Shown piece by piece: positions 9,966 to 19,801 of a DNA stretch of 64,000 nt. The position numbers were made by a program, and so were the translations under genes. Source of the stretch: Methylococcales bacterium (GTDB taxonomy: Bacteria > Pseudomonadota > Gammaproteobacteria > Methylococcales > Methylomonadaceae); assembly GCA_026399095.1 (NCBI GenBank), contig JAPLRP010000059.1, positions 10,486-74,485 of the forward strand, read 5' to 3'. The notes under the pieces were generated by a model. That model was given only the letters and a program-made list of their open reading frames with translations, had not been told where the DNA came from and searched no databases. Each line of letters starts with the position of its first letter. Position 1 is the first letter of the stretch.

Positions 9966-12300
9966 AATAACAGCATGGCTTTGGTTATTGCTTATGCTTG
10001 TTATGGGCGTACTTGGTCGTCAGGTACTGACTAAAGATTGGCTGGAAACGGGCTTTTTGGCTTTATTGCCGATTACCGAGCAAAACCCGGAAATAGCCAA
10101 GGCTGTTCAGCAACATAATGAACGCTTAAACAAGAAAGTTATTTGGTTGGTCGCTGCAGTAACGTCAAAGGATGCTATTGCTCAAGCACAACAACTTAAA
10201 CAACGACTACAAGCGAGTGGTTTGTTTAGCAAGTTGATGCTCGAATTGCCACATCAACAAATGATCAAACAATACCAGCAGTTATTTCCCTATCGCTATC
10301 AATTATTGGATGCACAAACAAAACAGACTTTAACGAATAATCCCAAAGACTTACTGAGTCAAAATCTTGAAAGTTTATACAACCCCCTTGGACAGTTAAT
10401 GACAGCTGATCTTGAACATGATCCATTGTTATTATTGGGTCGTTATTTTAAGGCACAAAATCCGGTCAGGTTGTCCCTGGAGCAGGGAATTGTAATTCTG
10501 CATGACGCTAACCAATTCTGGGCATTACTGGTTACGGATTTACAAGATAGTCATTTACAACTTGATAAACTCGAAGCTTTGTTGGCCTTGGTTAAAAGTA
10601 CAAATTCTCAAGTACAGGCTGAAGGGGGGCAATTATTGGTGACGGGAATGCCGCTGTTTACCGCATCAGGCTCAGATACAGCCAAGCAGGAAATTTCCAC
10701 AGTCGGCGTAGGATCCAGCATTGGTATTATTATTTTGCTGTTGTTAACGTTTCGAAGTTTAAGGCCTTTATTGTTATCTTCTCTGGCGCTAGGCAGTGGT
10801 CTTTTGGCTGCGTTAGTCACAAGCGTTTTGGTGTTTGGTAAAATTCATATTCTTACGCTAGTTTTTGGTGCCAGTTTGATTGGTGTCGCCGATGATTATG
10901 CCATTCATTTCTTTTGTGATAGTTTTGGTACCAAGACTTGGCGCCCGCGACAAGGATTGTATTATCTATTTCCCGGACTGGTAATTGGTTTATTAACCAA
11001 TCTGTTAAGTTATGCGGGCTTAGTGTTTTCACCTTTTCCAGGCTTACAGGAAGTTGCACTTTTTTCTGCTGTTGGTTTATTGGGTGCGTGGTTGACAGTG
11101 GTTTTGTTGTTCCCTTTATTATTAACCGGTTTCAGGTCGGATCATAAGCCGGTTATTTTAAAAATTGCCAATTACTGGCAACAACATTGGCCAGTCTGGT
11201 TGTTAAAAAACAAGCGCTGGTTGTTACCTTTTTTTATTCTCTTTATAGGGGGAGGGCTTTGGCAAATCTCTCCTCGTGATGATATAAGATTGTTACAGTC
11301 AGCACCTGCTGAATTACTTAAAACCACTGATAAAATAAAGCAATTGCTCCCGATGAACCAAGAAAATCAATTTTTCTTGGTATCGGGGTTAAATGGCGAG
11401 GACTGGCATAAGAATGAACAACAATTGCTCAAACAACTGGCATTATTAAGGCAGCAACAGGTATTGACTCATTATCAAGGACTGAGTGACTATTGGCCTA
11501 GCGAGCAGGTACAGCAAGAAAACTATCAGTTACTGGATAATAGACTCTATAAATCCGAATTGATTAATCAATATATGACTGATCTTGGGTTTAGCGACAA
11601 GGCTGTTAAAGCGGAGTTAAGTCAGTTTGCCTTGGCAAGCAATCATTTACTTTCGTTACCAAGTTGGTTGCAAACAACCGACGAGGCCAAGAAGCAGCAA
11701 TGGCTGGGCTGTGATGCCAGTCATTGTTTAAGTCTGGTTTCTTTAATGGGTATTAATGATTTATCGAAATTATCGAGACTACAAAATTTGCCCGGTGTTA
11801 TTTGGGTTGATCAGGCTGAGCAATTGTCTTCTTTATTTGCACGCTATAGAGTCAGTGTTAGCGGTTTATTAATAGTCGCCTATCTGCTTGTGTTTGCAGG
11901 CTTGGGGTTAAAGTTTGGTTGGCGAAATGCGCTGTCTATCACTTTAATTCCTGTGGTCGCTGCATTGTTTTCATTAGCCATGATGGGTTGGTTTGATCAA
12001 TTGTTTAGTTTGTTTAATTTATTTGCGTTATTGTTAGTGCTGGGTATTGGTGTTGATGATGCCATTTTCTTTTTTATGGCTGAAAAAGTGCAAGAAGACA
12101 TTGATGATAAACGTGCCAGTACTTCGTTAGCCGTTACTTTATCGGCTTTAACTACATTATTGGCTTTTGGTTTGTTGGCCGTGAGTTCAACTGAAATTGT
12201 ACATGCCTTCGGGTTTACCGTTGCAACGGGTATTTTAATGGCATTATTGCTTTCACCTTTGGTTGGATATAAAGCAGCAGAAGCCCCCTATGACTTATAA
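9946..12300 (+). CDS. MMPL/RND-type membrane exporter
   Basis: 784 aa with two blocks of about 5-6 TM helices, each preceded by a large soluble loop. The GVDDAIFF and GVADDYAIHF motifs are typical of MMPL. Start is uncertain: TTG at 9946 or ATG at 9994. Confidence 0.8.
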   Translation: MNVYHPKITAWLWLLLMLVMGVLGRQVLTKDWLETGFLALLPITEQNPEIAKAVQQHNERLNKKVIWLVAAVTSKDAIAQAQQLKQRLQASGLFSKLMLELPHQQMIKQYQQLFPYRYQLLDAQTKQTLTNNPKDLLSQNLESLYNPLGQLMTADLEHDPLLLLGRYFKAQNPVRLSLEQGIVILHDANQFWALLVTDLQDSHLQLDKLEALLALVKSTNSQVQAEGGQLLVTGMPLFTASGSDTAKQEISTVGVGSSIGIIILLLLTFRSLRPLLLSSLALGSGLLAALVTSVLVFGKIHILTLVFGASLIGVADDYAIHFFCDSFGTKTWRPRQGLYYLFPGLVIGLLTNLLSYAGLVFSPFPGLQEVALFSAVGLLGAWLTVVLLFPLLLTGFRSDHKPVILKIANYWQQHWPVWLLKNKRWLLPFFILFIGGGLWQISPRDDIRLLQSAPAELLKTTDKIKQLLPMNQENQFFLVSGLNGEDWHKNEQQLLKQLALLRQQQVLTHYQGLSDYWPSEQVQQENYQLLDNRLYKSELINQYMTDLGFSDKAVKAELSQFALASNHLLSLPSWLQTTDEAKKQQWLGCDASHCLSLVSLMGINDLSKLSRLQNLPGVIWVDQAEQLSSLFARYRVSVSGLLIVAYLLVFAGLGLKFGWRNALSITLIPVVAALFSLAMMGWFDQLFSLFNLFALLLVLGIGVDDAIFFFMAEKVQEDIDDKRASTSLAVTLSALTTLLAFGLLAVSSTEIVHAFGFTVATGILMALLLSPLVGYKAAEAPYDL

Positions 12301-13060
12301 AATAACCTGCATTGGTTTTATGCTGGCTTTAACTGCCACAATAATTCTTTGTCTGGCTTTTGGTTTCTCAGTGTTTTGGTTAACAGTGCCTAGTATTGTG
12401 TTCATGGCTCTAAAAATTTACGGGTCATCGTGCATACAAAGTGATTTCTATACTCACGCTTATTGTGATGGAAAAGCGCCAGAAAAATTCATTGCACTTA
12501 CGTTTGATGATGGTCCAAACAAGCAATATACGCCACAGGTACTTAAATTATTGGCTCAATATAATGCACCTGCTACTTTTTTTGTTATCGGAAAGAACAT
12601 TAAGGGAAATGAACGCATCTTAAAAAAAATCGATTCAGACGGCCATATTATTGCAAATCACTCTTTTACCCATTCTTACTGGATAGATTTTAAAAGCGTA
12701 AGTGGATTTAAGAAGGAGCTAAGCCAAATGACAGAGATTGTTTATCAGCTTATTGGTAAAAAGATGAGGTTGTTCAGGCCACCGTATGGTGTAATTACAT
12801 ATAACCTTGCAACAGCTTCAAGAGTATTAAATTATGCTGTGCTTGGCTGGAATATCCGCTCCTTTGATACGACCAAAGATTCAGTTAAAACCATAAGCCA
12901 ACGCATAGAAAAGAGAATTAAACCCGGCGCTATTGTTTTGCTGCATGATACGACAGATAAAATTGTTCAGGTGCTAGAGAATACACTCATTTTTGCTAAA
13001 GAAAATGATTATCAAATTGTTAGCTTGGAACAGTTGTTACAGATAAAAGCCTATGAATAA
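12263..13060 (+). CDS. Membrane-anchored polysaccharide deacetylase (NodB homology domain)
   Basis: LTFDDGP, HSFTH and LLHD motifs of the NodB domain, plus N-terminal TM helices. An alternative start at 12290 also overlaps the MMPL stop. Confidence 0.8.
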   Translation: MDIKQQKPPMTYKITCIGFMLALTATIILCLAFGFSVFWLTVPSIVFMALKIYGSSCIQSDFYTHAYCDGKAPEKFIALTFDDGPNKQYTPQVLKLLAQYNAPATFFVIGKNIKGNERILKKIDSDGHIIANHSFTHSYWIDFKSVSGFKKELSQMTEIVYQLIGKKMRLFRPPYGVITYNLATASRVLNYAVLGWNIRSFDTTKDSVKTISQRIEKRIKPGAIVLLHDTTDKIVQVLENTLIFAKENDYQIVSLEQLLQIKAYE

Positions 13061-13069
13061 TTATTACGA

Positions 13070-14464
13070 TTAGTCGCTTTGATTATTATTAAACCAATTA
13101 AGCTTGTCGTGCAGTGTGACCACCGTGCCAATAATAATTAAAGTAGGTGGCTTTATATTCATACCGGCAATGGTGGCTGCAAAAGTGTCCAGAGTACCGG
13201 TAATAACGCGCTGATTTACGGTTGTGCCCTGTTGAATCATGGCAATGGGTAAATTGTTAGGGCTGCCGTGTTCAATCAAGGAGTGGCATATTTTTTCCAG
13301 TCCGACCAAGCCCATATAAATAACAATTGTTTGATTAGGTTGGGCTAATTGCGTCCAATTTAAATTAACGGAATTATCTTTTAAGTGGCCGGTGACAAAA
13401 GTACATGATTGCGCATGGTCTCTATGCGTCAGTGGAATTCCAGCATAAGCAGAACAACCGGAAGCCGCGGTAATGCCCGGGACAACCTGAAAACTAATTC
13501 CTTGTTGCATCAAGGTTTCAATTTCCTCGCCACCTCGACCAAAAATAAAAGGATCGCCGCCTTTTAAACGTACCACGCGTTTACCGGCTTTGGCCAAGTC
13601 TGCCAACAAAGTATTGATGGATTCTTGGGGCAGGGTATGTTTATCGCGCTGTTTACCGACATAAATCTTTTCAGAATCCCGCCGTGCTAAATCAATAATC
13701 TCTGGAGACACCAAATGATCATAGACAACCACATCAGCTTGTTGCATCAAACGCAAGGCGCGAAACGTTAATAAATCCGGTGCACCGGGTCCTGCCCCTA
13801 TCAGATAAACTTCGCCTTGGGTCACTGTGTTTTTTTGAGTGATCAGTGTTTGCTGTAATTGTTGTTCGGCGCTCTCGTCATTGCCGGCAAAAACCAATTC
13901 GGCAACAGAACCTTGAAAGATATTTTCCAAAAAAATACGACGTTGAGCAGGTTCTTTAATGAGTTTTTTAACATCATTTCTATACCGCTCCGCAAGATGC
14001 GCCAGTCTTCCATAGGATGGCGGAATAATCGTTTCAATTTTGGCACGAAGTAAACGCGCCAAAACTGGTGCTGCACCGCCAGAAGAAACAGCAGCAACAA
14101 TTGGCGAGCGATCAATAATAGCCGGAAAGATAAAGCTGCATAAATCAGGACTATCAACGACATTAACCAAAATACCTTGTTCGTCAGCCGCTTTGGCTAC
14201 CAAGCTATTGGTTGTTTTATTATCCGTAGCCGATATTACGAGCTTATAGCCGCAGACATCCGAAGTCGTAAAAGGTTTTTGCAGTAATGTTAAATGACAA
14301 GACTCTTCAAGATTAGAAACATGATGGCTGATCTTATTAGCTATCACTGTTATATTAGCGCCGGCACGGGCTAATAAATCAATTTTACGGGCAGCGATTT
14401 CACCGGCTCCAATAACAAGGCACTTCTGATCCTTCAGTTTTACAAAAACAGGAAAATAATCCAT
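13070..14464 (-). CDS. cysG: Siroheme synthase (precorrin-2 dehydrogenase/ferrochelatase plus uroporphyrinogen-III methyltransferase)
   Basis: MDYFPVFVKL and GAGEIAARK at the N-terminus, and GAGPGAPDLLT and GGDPFIFGRG in the methylase domain. The internal ATG at 14464 is preferred over 14512. Confidence 0.9.
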   Translation of the reverse strand: MDYFPVFVKLKDQKCLVIGAGEIAARKIDLLARAGANITVIANKISHHVSNLEESCHLTLLQKPFTTSDVCGYKLVISATDNKTTNSLVAKAADEQGILVNVVDSPDLCSFIFPAIIDRSPIVAAVSSGGAAPVLARLLRAKIETIIPPSYGRLAHLAERYRNDVKKLIKEPAQRRIFLENIFQGSVAELVFAGNDESAEQQLQQTLITQKNTVTQGEVYLIGAGPGAPDLLTFRALRLMQQADVVVYDHLVSPEIIDLARRDSEKIYVGKQRDKHTLPQESINTLLADLAKAGKRVVRLKGGDPFIFGRGGEEIETLMQQGISFQVVPGITAASGCSAYAGIPLTHRDHAQSCTFVTGHLKDNSVNLNWTQLAQPNQTIVIYMGLVGLEKICHSLIEHGSPNNLPIAMIQQGTTVNQRVITGTLDTFAATIAGMNIKPPTLIIIGTVVTLHDKLNWFNNNQSD

Positions 14465-14539
14465 TTTGATACGATGATTCTTAGATTCATTAGGGAATGG
14501 TATTATAAGCACTCTAAAGATGAGTGAGTAACTAAAACA

Positions 14540-14770
14540 ATGATTGAATTTAGTCAGGAAGTTGATGCCAGTGGTTTACTGTGCCCCTTGCCTTTATTAC
14601 GCTTAAAAAAAATGTTAACGGCAATGACCAGTGGTGAAGTGGTTAAAGTTATTGCTACTGATCCAGCTGCACATTTGGATTTTGGCGTTTATACTAACCA
14701 GTCTGGCCATCAGATCATTGAGTATGTTAAACAAGATGATAAACAGGTTTTTTATATCAAAAAGAAATAA
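14540..14770 (+). CDS. TusA/SirA-family sulfurtransferase
   Basis: 76 aa with the CPxP active-site motif (LLCPLPLL). Confidence 0.8.
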   Translation: MIEFSQEVDASGLLCPLPLLRLKKMLTAMTSGEVVKVIATDPAAHLDFGVYTNQSGHQIIEYVKQDDKQVFYIKKK

Positions 14771-14841
14771 TCAGGTTAAAGGCGACAACTTTAACTTAAG
14801 CACATAAATTGACGACAATAACTATAACCCCCTAAAAATCG

Positions 14842-16500
14842 ATGTCTACAAACGAAACTCAACCTTCTGCAAATTTTATCCGTCAGATTATTAACAATGA
14901 TCTTAAAGACAACAAAAACAAGGGCAAGGTTGCTACCCGCTTTCCGCCAGAGCCTAATGGTTATTTGCATATCGGTCATGCCAAGTCGATTTGTTTAAAC
15001 TTCGGCATTGCTGCCGAATTTAATGGCACTTGCAACTTGCGGTTTGATGATACCAATCCGGAAAAAGAAAACATCGAGTACATGCAGTCTATCGAAAGAG
15101 ACGTGAAATGGCTGGGATTTGAATGGGCCGGTTTACATCATGCCTCAGATTATTTTGAGCAGCTTTATGACTATGCCGTACAATTAATTGAACAAGGTCA
15201 AGCTTACGTTGACAGCTTATCTGCAGAACAAATCCGTCTTTATCGCGGCACCTTAACCCAGCCGGGTAAAGAAAGCCCAGATCGCAGTCGCTCAATAGCA
15301 GATAACTTGGATTTGTTTCAACGGATGCGTGCTGGTGAGTTTGCCGATGGGCATTATGTATTACGCGCAAAAATTGATATGGCATCGCCCAACATCAACA
15401 TGCGTGATCCTGCCATTTACCGAATTCGTCGCGTCCATCATCATCGTACCGGTGATGCTTGGTGTATTTATCCCATGTACGATTACACCCATTGTATTTC
15501 TGATGCCTTGGAAGGCATTACCCATTCTTTGTGTACCTTGGAGTTTGAAGATCATCGCCCGCTTTATGATTGGGTGTTGGAGCAGTTGCAAACGCCCAGC
15601 CATCCTCAACAAATTGAATTTGCCAGATTACAATTGGAATATACCATTGTCAGCAAGCGCAAACTCAATCAGTTAGTAACAGAAAAACATGTGCACGGTT
15701 GGGATGATCCACGGATGCCAACCATAGCCGGCCTTCGTCGAGCGGGCTTTACACCCAAATCAATCCGCGATTTTTGTGAACGCATCGGTGTCACCAAGCA
15801 AAATTCTTGGATAGAAATGGGCGTACTCGAATATTGTATTCGAGAGGATTTAAACGAAAATGCCCTGCGCGCCATGGCGGTTTTACAACCTTTACGCGTA
15901 GTGATCGATAATTACCCCGAAGACCAAATAGAACAACTGGAAATCAGTAATCATCCACAAAAAGAAGAACTCGGCAAACGTAATGTGCCTTTTACTAAAG
16001 TGATCTTAATCGAACAAGATGATTTTGCTGAAATACCACCACCCAAATTCAAACGCTTAATTATGGGTGAAGAAGTGCGTCTGCGTGGCTCTTATGTCAT
16101 TAGATGTAATGAAGTGATTAAGAATGCTGAAGGCGTTATTACTGAATTGCGTTGTACTTATGATCCTGAGACTTTAGGCAAAAATCCTGAAGGCCGCAAA
16201 GTAAAAGGCGTTATACATTGGGTTTCGGAACAACAGTCACACCCCGCCGAAGTGCGTTTGTATGATCGTTTGTTTACAGTCCCCAATCCTGATAACGAAG
16301 AAAACTTTCTCGATGCCATTAATACCGACTCATTGGAAGTACTTACCGGTTGTCGCGTTGAAGCCAGTTTGGCACAAGCTTTACCCGAGAATCGTTATCA
16401 GTTTGAAAGAACCGGTTATTTTTGCCTGGATGCGATTGATAGCGTTAACGGCAAGCTAGTATTTAACCGAACAGTCACCTTGCGGGAAGGCGGTTGGTAA
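14842..16500 (+). CDS. glnS: Glutamine--tRNA ligase
   Basis: [14 protein letters not shown] (HIGH motif), VSKRK (KMSKS-type motif), 552 aa. Confidence 0.95.
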   Translation: MSTNETQPSANFIRQIINNDLKDNKNKGKVATRFPPEPNGYLHIGHAKSICLNFGIAAEFNGTCNLRFDDTNPEKENIEYMQSIERDVKWLGFEWAGLHHASDYFEQLYDYAVQLIEQGQAYVDSLSAEQIRLYRGTLTQPGKESPDRSRSIADNLDLFQRMRAGEFADGHYVLRAKIDMASPNINMRDPAIYRIRRVHHHRTGDAWCIYPMYDYTHCISDALEGITHSLCTLEFEDHRPLYDWVLEQLQTPSHPQQIEFARLQLEYTIVSKRKLNQLVTEKHVHGWDDPRMPTIAGLRRAGFTPKSIRDFCERIGVTKQNSWIEMGVLEYCIREDLNENALRAMAVLQPLRVVIDNYPEDQIEQLEISNHPQKEELGKRNVPFTKVILIEQDDFAEIPPPKFKRLIMGEEVRLRGSYVIRCNEVIKNAEGVITELRCTYDPETLGKNPEGRKVKGVIHWVSEQQSHPAEVRLYDRLFTVPNPDNEENFLDAINTDSLEVLTGCRVEASLAQALPENRYQFERTGYFCLDAIDSVNGKLVFNRTVTLREGGW

Positions 16501-16617
16501 GGTCTTAACGGTGATAAATTATTCATTAATAGGTCATGCTCATTTGTAACCTGGGTGTAAACATCGTTACGCATGGGTTAAATTGACAGTCATTAAAATA
16601 AAATGTATTGTTAAATT

Positions 16618-16848
16618 ATGAGTAAATTAGATGAAGTCAAAGAAATTTTAAACACATTAAGAGTGGCAATGAGTTTGACATTCGGTATGTTGATAATTGT
16701 AGTTGGTGGAATAATTAAACGATTTGATGAAAATAATGTAGATCCAATATTTTGGCTTGGCGTTTTTTTTACAGTATTTTTATTGGCAGTTATTTTTTTA
16801 CTGGTAATCAAGATTTCTCAAAGAACAAAAGAGATCAAGGAGTTATAG
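16618..16848 (+). CDS. Small two-TM membrane protein, unknown function
   Basis: 76 aa with two hydrophobic helices. No family recognised. Confidence 0.35.
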   Translation: MSKLDEVKEILNTLRVAMSLTFGMLIIVVGGIIKRFDENNVDPIFWLGVFFTVFLLAVIFLLVIKISQRTKEIKEL

Positions 16849-16850
16849 TT

Positions 16851-16940
16851 ATGCTAATGGGTTTGCTTGCAATTATTGGTATTGCGATATTGACAGCTGC
16901 ATTGTTATTGTTTGCTGTCTATAAGCTCTCAGAAGAGTAA
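16851..16940 (+). CDS. 29-aa single-TM peptide (candidate small protein)
   Basis: ATG at 16851 lies 8 nt after a strong AAGGAG Shine-Dalgarno sequence. MLMGLLAIIGIAILTAALLLFAVYKLSEE. Below the ORF-track size cutoff in its true form. Confidence 0.3.
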   Translation: MLMGLLAIIGIAILTAALLLFAVYKLSEE

Positions 16941-17029
16941 TAGCATCCGAAAAAAAATAAAAACACATAAGCACACAAATTTTTCATGGACAATGATGAA
17001 TATTACTCAACTATAACCTCGGAAAAAAC

Positions 17030-17440
17030 ATGAACCAACAAGACAGCATTAAACTGGTAGAAAGCTACTATGCAGCCTTTAATGGCGGCGATATGGACAC
17101 CTTTTTAAACTTACTGACCGATGATGTTATTCATGACATTAATCAAGGTAAACGCGAAATTGGTAAAGAAGCCTTTACCCAGTTTATGGCTTGCATGAAC
17201 TTTAACTACAAAGAACAACTGGTTGACATGGTCATCATGGCAACCGCAGACGGCAAACGCGCGGCGGCTGAATTTGTAGTGCTAGGTGAATATATTAAAT
17301 CTGATGAAGGCTTGCCAGTAGCAAACGGACAAAGATATCGTTTACCTGCTGGTGCTTTTTTTGAAGTTCGTGACAACAAAGTGGCGCGTATTACCAACTA
17401 TTACAATCTGCAAGACTGGATTGCCCAAGTTAGCCAATAA
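17030..17440 (+). CDS. SnoaL/ketosteroid-isomerase-like (NTF2 fold) protein
   Basis: 136 aa. The N-terminal YYAAFNGGDMDTFLNLLTDDV pattern is typical of SnoaL-like proteins. Confidence 0.65.
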   Translation: MNQQDSIKLVESYYAAFNGGDMDTFLNLLTDDVIHDINQGKREIGKEAFTQFMACMNFNYKEQLVDMVIMATADGKRAAAEFVVLGEYIKSDEGLPVANGQRYRLPAGAFFEVRDNKVARITNYYNLQDWIAQVSQ

Positions 17441-17458
17441 GCGTTCTGGTTATACATT

Positions 17459-17485
17459 GCGTGGGCACCGCCCTTGTGCCCACGC
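17459..17485. repeat. REP-like GC-rich hairpin (copy 1) between convergent genes
   Basis: GCGTGGGCAC-cgccctt-GTGCCCACGC, a 10-bp stem. A near-identical copy lies at 21337-21362. Confidence 0.55.
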
Positions 17486-17530
17486 AATAAACCAAATAAA
17501 CACACACCAATCCGCCAACCACTTAATAAT

Positions 17531-18436
17531 CTACGCAACCAAGCAGTTTCGGCCTTCGTCTTTGGCTTTATAGAGCGCTTGATCCGCTTGGTGTAGCAAA
17601 TCTTGCCAGGTGTTGTGCTTGCTTAAATCCAAGGTTGCCAAGCCCAAGCTCAGCGTAACGTGCTTAGCGACAGAAGAGCCATTATGCGCAAGCCGCATAT
17701 TGCGAATATTGTACAAAATTCGTTCAGCCAGTTTTAACGATTGCGCTTGATTGACTTCAGGTAACAAACATACAAATTCTTCACCACCCAAGCGGGCAAC
17801 CATATCACTTGAACGTCGTAACGAATGGTTAAGGTTGTTGGCAATCGCCCTTAAACAGTCATCGCCGGCGGCATGGCCATAAGTATCATTAAACTGCTTA
17901 AAATAATCCACGTCAGCTATAATCAAACTCAAAGGGTTATTGTGACGTAACGCACGATTCCATTCATTTTGCATCACATTCTCAAAATGACGTCGGTTGG
18001 GTATGCCGGTCAGTACGTCCGTGTAGGCCGTTAAGGCGAGTTGATCACGGTTGGTTTTAAACTGCAATTGTGCGGCCACCCGAGCTTGTAAAATGCCGGG
18101 GCGTATCGGTTTGGTAATATAATCGACGGCACCGACCGCAAAACCTTGGGTTTCATCTTTTTCTTGCGTCAAGCTGGTAACAAAAATAACCGGAATATGC
18201 TGGGTTTTACTGTCTTCTTTAAGCCGTTTGCAAATTTCAAAACCATCCAAGCCAGGTATACAAATACCCAATAGAATTAAATCAGGTTGTAAACGATTGG
18301 CAATCTCCAGCGCTTGTAGGCCTGTTTTGGCGGTTAGTAGGTGATAACCTTGTAAAGCCGAGGCCAAGAGGTTTAAATCCTCGGCAGAATGGTCTACCAA
18401 TAACAGGCTGTATTGTTTATTAGGCATTTCGGTCAT
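17531..18436 (-). CDS. Receiver-domain diguanylate cyclase (REC-GGDEF) with a degenerate receiver
   Basis: GGEEF active site with the RSSD I-site 5 residues upstream. The receiver keeps T (VTSL) and K (ITKPI), but the phospho-acceptor position reads DLILLG instead of DLILLD, and the acidic pair reads VDHS. Confidence 0.9.
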   Translation of the reverse strand: MTEMPNKQYSLLLVDHSAEDLNLLASALQGYHLLTAKTGLQALEIANRLQPDLILLGICIPGLDGFEICKRLKEDSKTQHIPVIFVTSLTQEKDETQGFAVGAVDYITKPIRPGILQARVAAQLQFKTNRDQLALTAYTDVLTGIPNRRHFENVMQNEWNRALRHNNPLSLIIADVDYFKQFNDTYGHAAGDDCLRAIANNLNHSLRRSSDMVARLGGEEFVCLLPEVNQAQSLKLAERILYNIRNMRLAHNGSSVAKHVTLSLGLATLDLSKHNTWQDLLHQADQALYKAKDEGRNCLVA

Positions 18437-18803
18437 TAATGTCTACTCTGATAAGGCGTTAAGAAAGTTGACGACAAAGTGGTTTGGGTATTATTATTGC
18501 ACACAGTTATATATAATAATGTCGTGTTAAAAGAGTAGTACATAACAAACAGGGCATTTACAGGTGGACTCAATTAATTATAGGTTGTTATAAAAGATCT
18601 TAATTAGATTTAACAGTAGTTTTTGATAATAATAGTTAAATTTACTGCGGTTGCTTGATTAAAGTGCTTAAATTAAGATGTAAAGCGTATATACAGAGCA
18701 AGGTTAGATAAGAAAGAAAATCCTTTTTTTAAAAAAGGGTGTAATGCGCAGCCTACTGATTTGTTAGTTAGACTAACAATAGTATGACGATTTTTAATAA
18801 CGG

Positions 18804-18820
18804 TGGGCTTAGATTCTGCT
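18804..18820 (+). promoter_or_regulatory. Candidate sigma-54 (-24/-12) promoter for the first pilin
   Basis: tGGGCTTagattcTGCT has GG-N10-GC spacing and lies about 45 nt upstream of the ATG at 18863. It matches only part of TGGCAC-N5-TTGC. Confidence 0.3.
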
Positions 18821-18862
18821 GTTTTTTGGTATGATTTTTTTAAACTTAAAGGGGCTTTACTC

Positions 18863-19330
18863 ATGAACATTCCATCAGTAAAAAAAGTACAACAAGGTTT
18901 TACCTTGATTGAGTTAATGATCGTCGTAGCGATCATAGGTATATTGGCGGCGATTGCGATTCCGTCTTATCAAGATTATGTATCGAAGTCTAAATGGGCA
19001 GCGGCTTTAGCTGAGGTAGCACCTGGTAAGATTGGATTAGAACTTGCTCTTAATGATACATTGATACCGACAACCACTAATCCTCCTCCGCTTGGTAGTG
19101 CATTTATTGGCGTACAACCAACTAATACAAATAGCACTATTGCAATTACTATTCCTGCAGATCCAACTGCAAGTGCATACGTAATTACCGGCACAATCGT
19201 AGGAGGACCAGCTGCCGTTGCAACTAAAACGATTACTTACACTCGTAATATTACTACGGGTGCATGGACTTGTGCTTCTACGGTACTTCAAAAATATATT
19301 GGTCCCGTTTCAGTTTGTACGGGTACTTAA
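18863..19330 (+). CDS. Type IV pilin (major-pilin-like), paralog 1
   Basis: Class III signal [12 protein letters not shown]|[27 protein letters not shown] and a C-terminal Cys pair (CAS...VC). ATG at 18863 is preferred over 18803. Confidence 0.9.
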   Translation: MNIPSVKKVQQGFTLIELMIVVAIIGILAAIAIPSYQDYVSKSKWAAALAEVAPGKIGLELALNDTLIPTTTNPPPLGSAFIGVQPTNTNSTIAITIPADPTASAYVITGTIVGGPAAVATKTITYTRNITTGAWTCASTVLQKYIGPVSVCTGT

Positions 19331-19341
19331 TAGACTCATGC

Positions 19342-19376
19342 GGGGCGGGGTTTATGACCTCGTCCTAAATTTTTTG
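19342..19376 (+). terminator. Rho-independent terminator candidate after pilin 1
   Basis: GGGCGGGG/CCTCGTCC stem (two G-U pairs) followed by TAAATTTTTT. Confidence 0.45.
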
Positions 19377-19801
19377 CCATTATTCAAAAAGATTTGAGTT
19401 TGATATGTTTATTACATTGGTTGGGAGCATGCTTTTCGTGCCCGATAATCACATCAAAGTTCTATCTTCTTTTACTACGCTGCCACTTTTAACTAACCTA
19501 TTTTCTCTTATCTAAGCTAAGTGCAGGTTCATCTGTTGTATTCTGCTCTCACGTCTACTTGATTTTCTGGCCTGACAATCCCAACAATCTTCTATCTTGT
19601 TCGGCAACACTATAGTTTTACCCAACCTTTACGCACTTCGATCCCTTGTTTCAATGAATTTGCAAACGATGACCTGTTTCGGTTAATATAATTAAAGTTG
19701 AAATTATCGTAATGTTTTCTGTTATTTTTGCGATAATTTTTGATTAAAGTCAGGTGATATGGCCGGCTGTTACTCTTTTTAAAGTCAAAGAGACTGTATT
19801 T

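Noticed and set aside
15089-15385. Antisense or alternative-frame ORFs inside large conserved genes. Examples are 15089-15385, 15329-15676, 8123-8359, 10608-10820, 13843-14163, 29148-29522, 43080-43394, 45406-45708, 51734-52054 and 53034-53288.
   Set aside because: They lie entirely within well-supported CDSs on the other strand or frame. They have low-complexity or Ser/Arg/Leu/Cys-biased composition and no recognisable motifs.
19655-19700. gcaaacgatgac… resembling the start of a tmRNA tag (ANDE…)
   Set aside because: The peptide would end …LFRLI rather than …LAA. No tRNA-like acceptor or T-arm sequence (GGGGCTG…/TCCACCA) is nearby.
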